This document shows positions 27,934 to 40,000 of a DNA stretch of 64,000 nt, in pieces. A program made the position numbers and the translations under genes. The stretch's first letter is position 1; the number at the start of each line of letters is the position of its first letter. Origin of the DNA: Haliotis cracherodii (Eukaryota); NCBI RefSeq assembly GCF_022045235.1, contig NW_027266308.1, positions 57,536,001 to 57,600,000 on the forward strand, in the 5' to 3' direction. The notes under the pieces were generated by a model that was not told the DNA's origin, did not search any database, and worked only from the letters and a program-made list of their open reading frames with translations.

Positions 27934-28744
27934 TTCAGATGAGTAGGTCAGCTGTTACAGATATTATATAGATATATCAGCAAGAAGAAACTTGATTAGC
28001 TGGAAACAACAAGCCTTCCGATCAATCCAAACTATTGTTGATGTCGCACGTTTTCGAATCATGTTCTCTCGAATCACTGTTACTGAATTACAATCATCCG
28101 ACATTTGGCAGTACACATATTCTCACATCGTCGCACGCTCACAGCGCTATTGAAGATCAATACCAAGAGAAACACAAACCATAAATAATAACGATAATAC
28201 CATGGTTTTCACAGGAGGCAATTCACCGAATACCTCATCGGAATCGATCAGAGCCATGCGTTGTATTACATTCACCAAGGAATTCCCTCCATATTGGAAC
28301 TAAATCCTTCTGACAAATATTGAGATCAGTCACCACTAAGTTGGTTCGTTTTAGTATAAGTTGGAGTAAGTAACTAATCTTTTATCGATGTCTTATGTGG
28401 AATGAATATGTGTGATATTTCTATCTGAATAGCTTGCTTATTCGTTACAGGTAATTGTAAAGAAGGCATAAGCCGAACAAGCATACCTATGTTGTGAAAT
28501 ATATCCATCGCTCGGGGAGTATACCATTTGCCTAATAGTGCAATTTATTATAAAACCGCATTCTTAAATGTGATTGGATGTTGTATTATGGATACAACCA
28601 GTCATATTAACTTAACGTGTTTACCGACTCTGCTTTTAACAGGTATTTCTTATGAATATGGAAAGGGTCTTCATATATTACAGTCAAGTGAGTTAAAACT
28701 TTAAGTCACATCGGCAATACGTCAGCCCTGTCGTGACTATATTA

Positions 28745-28910
28745 CAGTCAAACCCCGTTAATCCAAGCGGTACATGTGGAAGATAAATTGTCCTGTTTAG
28801 GTATCATGTCAGAATGCGATACTTCTTATATCGTATATAGAGGCCAGGTTCGCGTCCTGATTGCGGGGTTTCCAGACTAGCAGGGGCCCCGGACTAACAG
28901 GGTTTCACTG
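28745..28910. mobile_element. TA-flanked MITE (CAGTCAAACCCCGTTAATCC ... GGGTTTCACTG)
   Basis: Imperfect TIRs; related left end at 35918; another CAGT-type MITE end at 30085. Confidence 0.65.
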
Positions 28911-30306
28911 TATAGAAAAGAGATCCCATGTAGCACCATCTCGCTATTACGACCATATGATTCTCCACAAAATGCACGCATCTTCTCAAGCATTTTTCAA
29001 AGCATTTAAAGAAACTGGGAGCATCCCATACATTGATTGACTTCAAACATCCCTTGAAAGTTACGGTAAACTTAGTTAAGTCAAACACCATTCATCCAAG
29101 GTGTTGCCAGGGTTGCGCGGGTTGCCCATTCGTCTACTGCGGCGTCACCTCGGCATTCAAGAAAACTCTGATACAGTTCAAAGCAGCGTTAAACCCAACT
29201 CACTCACTCACTCACTCGTATGTTCCTTTGACATCGAATTACCGTAGTTTATGTGTCACTTTTTACACAGACATTGAATCACTGTTGTTATAAAACACAT
29301 TTGAACATATATTTGCTTATAATTCTTTGTCAACAAATGTGATGATTTGGGCAAAATGCCAAACGTCGCGATGACACTGGAGCGAGTTTACACAATCAGA
29401 CCACTTAACAACGTTCTTCAGGTGGAGTATTTGTCATCGAAGGGAGATAATACAGCCTTGTAATTGCCTGCCTACCGCTAATCGCTGCTGAATCTACTGA
29501 CTGGGCTTGTTCTATCACCCCTCTTGAAGACAAGTGTCTGTCTACTGCCGTTGACATAGACTTGACGCACCGCATAACACACCCGATCACTGTTGTCTCG
29601 CTGTACAGACATGCCATTGTTGCTATACTGTGTGTCTTAAGGGATTTGATTTTACACTGAAGACATGCTCAGAATTTCACTTTATTAGTTACGTGTTGTG
29701 TTTCATTTATAGGGCATATATTAGGGTCGACGGACAATCAATATCAGGCTTTAAGACGAGGAGTATCACAGGTCTTCTTGTAAAAAGTGACATTTTTATA
29801 TATCATCGCTCTAGTTTCGCGTGTATCATTTCAGGTGAGCTCCAAGACAGGACAGTGGACATGTGAGTCATTCATCATGGAGGGGCTTACCTTCGCCCCG
29901 GTCCTGGTTCGAACCCGGGTGTTTGACCAGATGTGGTTCAAGTCACACCACCCTCGGGATTGCGGGTAGCCGTTCTCAGATCCGGAGGCATTGGAAAAGC
30001 AGCACCAATAAATGTGGTTTTTGTGAAAGAAACATTTAAAACATGGATTTATCTACATATAGATGTATTGTATGATTCCATATACAGTCGAACCCCCTGA
30101 CTGGAACTCACATGTGTCGAATCCCCGGTTGTGTCGAGTTCACAGTCCGGTCCCGGCACACTCTCACTATATTTATCACTACGTTAATCTGGATGAGTCG
30201 AACTGGATGTGTCAAATTCCCGGTTATCTCGAACACAATTTAAAGAGTTGAAAGAAGATAAAACTTACATTGGATTTGGGGGTCAGTAAGTCTCCCAGAA
30301 CTAAGA

Positions 30307-31007
30307 ATGGCCTTCAACACAACTGACATTACAACCCTCCAAGGGGAGTACTCGTCCCCCCTCAACTCTGTCCTCATCTTGTTCACAGTCGTGGGGGTAG
30401 TGTTGAACTTCGCGTCCATCCTTGTGAAGCTCCTGCTAAAGTTCGCTATGCCCCACACGTGGAAACTGTCCTGTCTTCTACTGGACGTGTCTCACTTCAC
30501 TCTGGGACTAGGTCTAGCGTTGTTGCTCTGTTATATCAGGTTCCAGGCGGAGAGTTTATGTAAAGCAGCAGGGTTCTTTCTCATGGTCGGCGTCCTTGAC
30601 TGCGTCAGCGTCTACCTCATATCCAACGTCATCATCCTATTTGTGCAATACCCAGAAAAGCTATCGGGGTATTCCCATTACCCAAAATGGACTATTCCAG
30701 CCATGTTGGTCCCGGAGAAGGCGTTCACTCTCCTACTCGCCCTCTTCCCCTTCCTCCCCATCCACTACTTCAACGACAACGACGACCCCTACGTGATCAC
30801 CTGTCTCCCCGTCCGGGAGACTAACGCCAAGGGAGCGGGGTATGGTGCCGCGTTGATGTTCATCTCTTGGATAGTCCTCAGCATTGCCGTCATCGTCTGC
30901 ATGGTGACCACGTTCAGACTGTGGAAGAGCTCCGGAGGGAGGATCCACGCCTCATCTCCGAACATCTGGCAGATGATGATGCTGAGTCAGGGCAAGACGT
31001 ATCAGAG
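30307..31007 (+). CDS. Exon 1 of the 7TM-pseudokinase gene (TM1-TM5)
   Basis: ATG 30307; N-glycosylation sequon NTT at residue 4; TM3 starts LCKAAGFF; ECL2 contains TCLPV (LGR/RXFP-like disulfide Cys pair); donor AG|GTTTGT after 31007. An upstream coding exon cannot be excluded because the frame is open back to 30262. Confidence 0.85.
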
Positions 31008-34000
31008 GTTTGTCTTTAATGTTTTCTTTTAAATTTGTGTTGGTGTGTATGTTCCTTGCCATTTGTCAACTCCCAATGCAATAACAGGTTTATCTCAAAG
31101 ATTAGGTGGTGCGATAAAATGGGGTTTTACGTCGCGTTCGAGATTATTGCCCTTACATAGCGACATCCTTGTGTGTGTGTGCGGGGTACAATGTATGAAG
31201 CATATTTCTGGTGTTCCCCGCCGTGTAATTGCTGGAATATTGCTAAAAGCAGTGTAAAACCATACTCACTGACTCACTCACTCACTCACTCGACTTCAGT
31301 TACACGCCAGACATGAGTTTATCCAAATAAACATATGCACATGTAATTACTGATATTTCCTCTACAATATACATACCTATATAATTACATTAAACCATCT
31401 CAGTATTATTTCTACTCAACAAAACCTATCAAAATACATGAGATCCCTCATATCCTATATATCCTGTCATAACGCAGATATTCACGAGCGATGCATGTCT
31501 TGTTAACATGAGTAACATTAATGCTACTTTGAAACTCCACAGCCGTGAAGGTCAGTTCCTATTGGTGGCATGGTACTAAAACATTATGATCGTGATTAAG
31601 ATACAGTCCCACTGAACATTTAACACCCTGACATATACATCCAAGTCTGCTGTATCTAATCCAGACAACTCGGCTTATTACAGGGAATTGCAAAATAGCT
31701 GTAGCATTACTGACTGCATTTAGTCATTATGCCTGCTGAAAGGTTGTGCCCTATTGTTAAGATCCTATGTATGGCCTGTGGAACAACGCCTTCATATTTG
31801 ATAGACTTAGTGAAGAAGTACCAACATGTTGGAAGCCTCAAAGCTACTAACAACTATGTGCTACAACTTTCAAATTTAAGTCTTGGATCCTTTTCCTATT
31901 CTGCACAAAGGTTGTGGAACGTTTTACCACAGGATATCAGACTTTCTGCTTCTCTCCAAGCCTTCAAGTCAAAGTTCAAAACCCCTCTCTTAGAAAAGTG
32001 TGCTGCACATCTCCTAGGTAGCGCTATGAAAAACTATTTTATTTTATTTTTTATTACTTTTACATGATAAACATGAAATGATCAAGTCCATCACCCTCTA
32101 CCTCCAAGGTTCCTCCTTTTGGAGCAGCTGGTGTGGATGGTGGTGTTGTTCATGACGACGGTCATAATCTACACCAACACATCTCGGCTGCTGGTACCTC
32201 AGTGGATCGCCGTCGTCGCCCTCAGTGTCAGCACCTTCTTCCACGCCGTCCTCAGCAACATCGTTACCATCCTCTGGAGCACCCTGTGTTGCAGGACGAA
32301 GCAACAGACCAAAGAACCCTACCAGAAGCTGAAGAAGCTGGAACTGCTGAAAATAGAGGTAGGTTGGATCGCTTTCCTTGCAAAACCTTTTGTGAATAAA
32401 GATTGTTCACAGGCTGTGAGTTGTACATAAGCAGTATATATTCAAGAAATGAAACCAATAAAGTAACATTTGGGTTTGGTTTGACAGTATGGCGCAGTAT
32501 GGCGCAGTATAGCAGACCTTTTCAGCAGAATCTGTAGATGGACACAGAGGACAAATTTAAACGATGCACTCTGATTGTCTGATTTTATTGCGTACAGACA
32601 CTACACGGCGTTGGGTGGAGGTTCTCAATAAAACGAAACTTGAACCTGGCGCCATACTATATGAAACAATGACACAGTGTACTCCATGATCCATATTTCG
32701 TTCAATATTCCACCCAGGCCCCCGGCAAGTTGCGCATGAAGGCCACGTGGTCTGTGGGTAAGGGCGTGTACAGGCGTGGTCTGCTGAAGGTGTACGGGGT
32801 GGACCACCTCAAGGCGTGGGCCCAGGAGATCGTCATCCTGGGGATGATGAGGAAGACACAGAGCGCCAGTCTGCTACAGTGTCTGTGGACCAACAGCGGC
32901 AACCCGTACTTCGAGACGATGACGCTAATCACTGGGGAGATCATCCCTGGCGAGTCAAGGTAAACACATTCCCACTTTCTCATAACTCCTCGATATGGTG
33001 CCTATTTTCTGTCTATGTCTAGCTTTTCAAATCTGTGACTTGTGTCAAACGGAGAAAGTGTCCGTTAGGGATAATCATAAACTGCTAGATTAATATTTCA
33101 TCAATTAAAATTTACAAACATGACAGGAATAAATGTGGTATGTATGGACGGTCAGTTGACCTGAGTCTGCCCTCAACTAAGGTACCGAAGTAACAATAGA
33201 CTACATGGTTGAAGCGATGTCAGCTTTCTTCCTTCTGACAGTAACTGGTCTGTCTCTAATTTGCATAATGTGGGTTTCAGTGACGTGCAACAACTTTCAG
33301 TTATTCAAGGTTTGCTCGTGTGTGTGCCGTGTCAGTTTATGTTACTAGTTTGTAAATCCTTAAAGTCTCATGTAAAAACCAACAAATGACAGTTTTACAT
33401 TGTTTCCTACGACGTTTGGTGTTTCCAATCATTACAATATGTTCCTTTCAACACACATCGTTGTTTTAAATAAGAAGCGACTAACGGGATCTGGTGGTCA
33501 GGCTCACTGTCTTGGTTGATGTATGTCATCGTATCCCAATTGCTTTGATCGATGATCATGATGTCAATCACTGGATTGTCTGGTCAAGACTCGATTGTTT
33601 ACAGACCGCCGTCATATAGCTGGAATATTGCTGAGTGCGGCGTTAAACAACAAACAACATGCTGTTTTAACTTGTGTTTTCTACACGTATTGGCGTATGA
33701 TGGTAGAGGAGTATTAGGAGACGCGAATGGGTGCATGACTATGAATAGCCAGGATGACTATCCTATAGCTCGCCAAGAATAAATGCCACATCTAATCTCA
33801 AACTGTCAACGAGAGCAGGCCTGTAAACAAAGATATTTCATAAGCTTAGACTTCTTTGGTGCATGAACACTATACCAAGATCTACATGACATGGCATAGT
33901 TTGTCTACAGTCTTATCCACTCTGCTTCGCTGCTTCAGTAATTCTCTACATTCTGATCAGATCGGGCCGTCAGTGTCGCCCGCCGCAGTGAAAGGGTTAT

Positions 34001-37000
34001 TGTTGAGACAGTGATCTTTGTAGGATATATGATCAGTAATCACCAGCCCTGTCACTGTTTGGTGTATTTGTATGATTAGCGATTGTATACTTGACACTAG
34101 AAACATATTGTCTTGAAGATAGGGTTTTCCATAATTATAAATAAAAATCCGTTGAGCTACTCGGTAAGTGCAATAGGTCGAGACAATGTATGTAGATAGA
34201 CACCGTGACCCGCGAGTACTACGCAGTGACACATGGTATATAGCAATGTGACCATTGACAAACAGACGAAGGGCCATGTTTTCACACACTGTTACACACG
34301 GTGACTAACTGCATGTCATACACTGAGTTATAGTATTATGCACAAGAAGGTTCGGACCAAGATCAGAAAATGTTATGTTCGGTCATGAATTAATGTACAA
34401 CTTTCATAAACAGTTTTACTTATTACATGAAAAACCTACCCTTGACTTCCTCCGCCTGTATTTAACAGATTTCCTGAGAACCTTTCCATTGACCACTGTG
34501 AAACCTGTTTCACTGACCTTGCTAGACATTGGCGTCAACCATTTCAAATACCTTCTTGATAACCATCATTAACAACCACTTACATTGGACGTACACCTCA
34601 ATGACTGCAATGATAATGATTCCATTGACTGCTTTCATTGACTACTCTGACAACTGTTACATAATGTACTATGACAATCATTCCTTTGACTGCTAACACA
34701 ATCATTCCTTTGACTGCTAACACAATCATTCCATTGACAGCTATGCCAATCTTTCATTGACTCCGTGACAATCATTCAATTGACTACTATGACAAAGATC
34801 CCATTAAGTACTTTGACAATCATTCCTTCGACTGCTAATACAATAATTCCTTTGACTGCTAACATAATCATTCCTTTGACTGCTATGCCAATCTTTCATT
34901 GACTACTGTAACAACCATTCCATTGACTGCTATGACAAAGATCCAATTAAGTACTATGACAATCATTCCTTTGACTGCTAACAATGATTCTTTTGCCTGC
35001 TCAAACTAATTCCTTTGACTGCTATGACAATTATTTCTATGGCGACCTTGACACCAATTCCATAGTTCCATGACAATAATTGCAATGATTTTTTTTAAAA
35101 TAGATTCTACTGACATCTTGAAACCCATCATTAAGATCTTTGTACTTTTGTGGCTTGCAGTCGATCAAATGGTTACACTTCTCGCCTTTGAAAAGTATAG
35201 CTTAACTTATGACTCGACGTATGAAAAATATGTTCAAAGGTATTCACAAAAGAATAAATCTCTCTCAGGTCCTTTTGTTAAAAGGTACCTCGACTTGTGT
35301 TCTGACCAACTGCAAAAACCATGATATCGTTCATCGAAAGTACAATGCTTAATTAAATGCAACCACTCTGCTACGGACAGCCAATTTCAAAATCAAAGGC
35401 GATCCTTCCAATGCCAGGTACCGCGTGAGAAAAAAAATTCTCACGGCATTTTTCTACCACGGAACTAGCTAAAACTTATTTCAGTCATGCATGTGTAATA
35501 TGCACACGTGAGCTAGGAAGGTGAAGAAGGGACAAGAAATAGCCCTGAGACAATAAGGAAGTTGTCATCCGTAAAAGCCTAATGTGTTAATTAAAAGTTT
35601 TCGTAAGTTTCATAGGCAAGTTGTGAAGGTATTTATCAAAAGGAAACCGTTGATCAGCGTGTATCTAACACAGGGTTTACATTGACTCTCTGTAGACTGA
35701 TCTGCTTCGAGTTCACCAACAGCGGCACCCTGGACGACTTCCTGCACCATCTGGACATACCGCTGCCGGAGCCGTGTCAGAGAACCATCATCCACGACAT
35801 CGCTGAGGGCCTCTCCTGCCTCCACAAACACAACATCCTCCACCACAAACTCACTTCCGCCTCCGTGTTCCTCAAGGGGTCCGTACAGGTGTGTGTACAG
35901 CTATCAGTCACAATATACAGTAAAACCCCGTTAATCCGGTCGGAAGGATTCCCACTGAAATCGTTCGGATTAGCAAATATCTGGATTAACGTTTGTTGCG
36001 TAAGAGGTAAAGCCACTAAATGTTCCGAGGATCCGCAGATCGTGGTAAAGATTTGAGTTGCACCCCTTAGTTATGCCAGGATCCACTGATCGTGATTTTG
36101 AATCCAATTTTCGCCTTAATTATGACCCTTGGTTTGTCAGTACCACATAGTGCTCGTGGTTTCCCAAAAGGCGAATGTCTACAACATATGTCTCTTTTCC
36201 GCCTAAACGTACCTGACACGCCGTGATATAATTGAAATACTGTTAAAAACAAACTAGCTATCTCGGGGTCTTTTCTGACATAGTTGAACGTGCATCATTA
36301 TTTAATAGAACGAGGAAACAAGAATAAATATCTCTAGTTAAAGGAAATACTTTTCTCCAAAAGAGCAAAAATAATCTGAGTGAGTGAGTGAGTACGGTTT
36401 TACGCCGCTTTTAGCAATATTCCAGCAACATCACGGCGGGGGACACCAGAAATGGGCTTCACACATTGTACCCATGTCGGGAATCGAACCCGGGACTTCG
36501 GCGTGACGAGCGATCGCTTTAACCACTAGGCTACCCGACCGCCCCAAATAATAATCTGAAATCAAATCGTCACATACGGCTACAATATAACAATACTGAT
36601 GGTGCCTTAACCTAACACAAGAACACACATCTCGTTAAACAACAACAACTTCTCGTGCTGTCTCGGGGCATGATATAGGATCACACTTTTAAGATCCAGT
36701 TCTAGAAATACGAAATTCTAGATACACATAATTGTAATGTGTTCAGATCTCTTTCAAATTTCTCAAACATGATTTTGTTTTTTTTATTTCTTCAATTGAC
36801 TGTTTTCTTGCGAATCCCTAATCACTACTAATTACATGGAACCTGAGACTTATCCCCTCTAAACGGCACCAAGAAAACGTAAATTCAGGGGAACCCGATA
36901 GCGCTAATGGTCCCCCAGATATACAACGCCCGGTGGTGTATCTACCAAATTATGCCTCGCACACTGCATTATTCCTGGGTCAATGGACAGGCTGAAAGCG

Positions 37001-40000
37001 TACAGTGGGGTCTTGTCAAAGGAGACGCTGTACACAATGCCAGCACTGCTGACGTATAGTCACTAAATCGAACCGGGAAGATAGGGTTTTCTGGCATGTT
37101 TCCAGCACAAGCATGGCGGGGTACCTGCATGTAGGGGATAGAGGAGAGGGGTGGGTGCCGAGGAGAGGGGTAGGTGCCGAGGGTAGGGGAGGGCCAAATG
37201 GATCTTTCAGGGACGGGCCAAGTAAAAGGTAGGATAAGGGTCATATTTACCGCACGGGATCGGCATCATTTAAGAAAAACTTAGGATTTGTTCATTTGGA
37301 TAAATGACATCGTTAAATGGATAGATACGTAGAAAAGGATAAAATGTGTCAAACAGACCGATTTTATAGGTTAACATTTGAACATGAGGAAGTCTTTGAA
37401 CCAAGCTCATTTTCATAGATGCACATAAAAGACACAAAAAGATGTACAAAAATATGGTAACACATTGACTAGCTCATGACGTGAAGTCTGCCCTTTTTAC
37501 ACACATCAGCAATATTTGCGTGTAAGAAATAGGCCAGTTGCCATTTGAATATGTCTAAGTTATATACTAATAGTTCAAAGTTTTCTGCAACTGTTAAATT
37601 AAACATTTCCAGCTGGCCAAAAAGAGCTATTATCCCACATGCCCAGGGAGAGATGGGGGCGCCGGTGGCCCGCTCGTCTGAGGCGTCGCAATTTGCTGTG
37701 TAGAGTTGCGTCCCTTGGGCACGCCAGAAACCTATGATTGTGATCTCGAATCCCAGTCCGCCCCCGTTATGTTTCTAGGTTTGTCAGAACCATACCTGTG
37801 CTCGTGGGTTTCACCAAAGTGGTAAACGTCTGGGACCTGCATCACTTCGAGCTCTCCTCCCACACTATGCTGACACGCCGTGATATGACAGGAATACTGT
37901 TTCATCAATTAATCACTCTATTTCTAAAAAAAACACCCACGGTGGTAATAGTTTGGAAGATGATGCAAATTTGCATTTTACAAGATGTCGGTTATACTGC
38001 ACAAACATCTGGCGACATCTAAACATTTTGCTTGACACAGTCAGAATCAAAGGTTTTTGTCTATTATGCATATGAATTTTGCAGGGTTGTTTTTTTTTAA
38101 AATTGGAATTCTGGTATACAGTAATATTTCTGTATTTTATGATATTAGGATACTGCGTATATTTATATGACAAACATTTGGATATGAATTCATGGAAAGC
38201 TTCACATTTAAACAGGTAGTGGAGTTCATCGGTGATAGCTGGCGGCATACACAGTTTACCATGTCCTTAATTCTCTATCAATACCACGCCACCGGCCCAC
38301 TTTGACAGGTAGATTATGCTTACAAGTTTTATATTTCAGAATAGGATAATAAATTTGTATAGATAGGAGAAGAAAGTTTTCCAATGACGGGATATCTTTT
38401 AAGTATTGATAATAATACCGTTTTGAATTTTTCTCGATGTCATATCTCCAATTTTGATAAAACTGATCTTTTAAAGTCCTTCCACCTGAGCAATTAGCAA
38501 CTGGCTTAAAACGCTTTATGGGTCATAAAATACATTGGATAGACCAATAAATTAAATATTTGCCTGGTATTTCTTATCCAGATATTTTATTGATTATCAG
38601 ATAAAAATTGCCAAATGAGCCAACTTAGGGATAAGTTGCGATAAATTCGGTGCAGGTCCGGGTTAACTAAGTTTATGCCAGAAGCCAACTACCAGTTTAG
38701 CTGCATAAATCGATAAGGGTACCTACCTAGTTCTCCAGACCCTTGAAGATCCGGGGTAGAATAGGTCTTCAATAACCCATGCTTGCCGTACAAGGTGACT
38801 ATGCTTGTCGTTAGAGGCGACTAAACGGAAGGGGTGGTCAGGATGGCTGACTTGGTTGATAAATGTTATCGAATCCCAATTGCGTGGATCGGTGATCATG
38901 ATGTCTGGTCCAGACTCGATTATTTACAGCCCGCCGTCATATAGCTGGAATAGTGCTGAGTGCGGCGTTAAACAACAAATCAATCAATCAATCACAATAG
39001 AACGTCCGTACCTTTGGTTTGTCTGAATAATGAAAATCGGGTGGTCATAACTTACAACATAGACTTGCTGTGTCATCTTGTTTGCCCGGATGGTATGGAA
39101 CATTGATCAATGTAAGTCTACTGAAACTCGATTATGTACAGGTCAAACAACAAACAAACAAACAAACAAACCTAGTTCTCCATAAAACCATAAAATTTGG
39201 GGTTGCATTTCTAAGACCACAGGGGGCACGGGGGGCCCAGTCGTGTAAGGCGCCGCGATTCGCTGTGTAGAGTTGCGTCCCTTGGGCACGCCAGAAACCT
39301 AAGATTGTGTGGAATCCCGGTTTGCCCCGAATATGTCTCTAGGTTTGTCAGCAACATATCCCTGCTCGTGGGTTTCATCGAAGGGGTAAACGTCTGAGAC
39401 CTGCATCACTTCGGGCTTTCCTCCCACATTTTGCTGACACGCCGCGATATGACTAGAATACTGTTAAAAGCGGCGTTAAGCCCAACTCACTCACTCACTC
39501 ACTCACTCACTCACTCACTCTAAGACCACAATCTAGTTTAAGGAATGTTGAATGAATCTTTTCTATTATGGTCAAATTTTCGTATACCCATAAATCACAG
39601 CCCAAAAATAATGTTGTTGATATTTACATCAAAGGCCCTATGTTCAAAGCGGCGTTAAACCCAATTCAATTCATTTTTGGAGATCGGAGGAAAACAGGAG
39701 AGTTTTTAGGAACGGAGATAGAGGTAGACGCCAAGACATTCGAACACTCCATATAAGGAAGTGATGTATCGATAATCTTTTGAATACGAGAAACCGCCAA
39801 AAAGAAACATGAAGTATTAAGTTCGAGAACCTACACTCTCGAATCTGTAAATTGTACCGTACGGACATCGGGTTTTCAAGCTATTACTATTTTTACTATT
39901 TTTACTTTGACTTTAATACTGTATGTGAATTTATTTCGGTCTATAACAGTGATATGTGCCAAACGAAACAAATTCATACGTTTAGTCTTTCAAGACCCAG

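Noticed and set aside
30307-31032. Ordinary single-exon GPCR
   Set aside because: Only five TM helices precede the donor at 31008; TM6-7 are in the next exon, which continues into the kinase.
37135-37195. Short G-rich tract (similar one at 22572-22606) as a functional G-quadruplex
   Set aside because: Low-complexity sequence with no supporting context.
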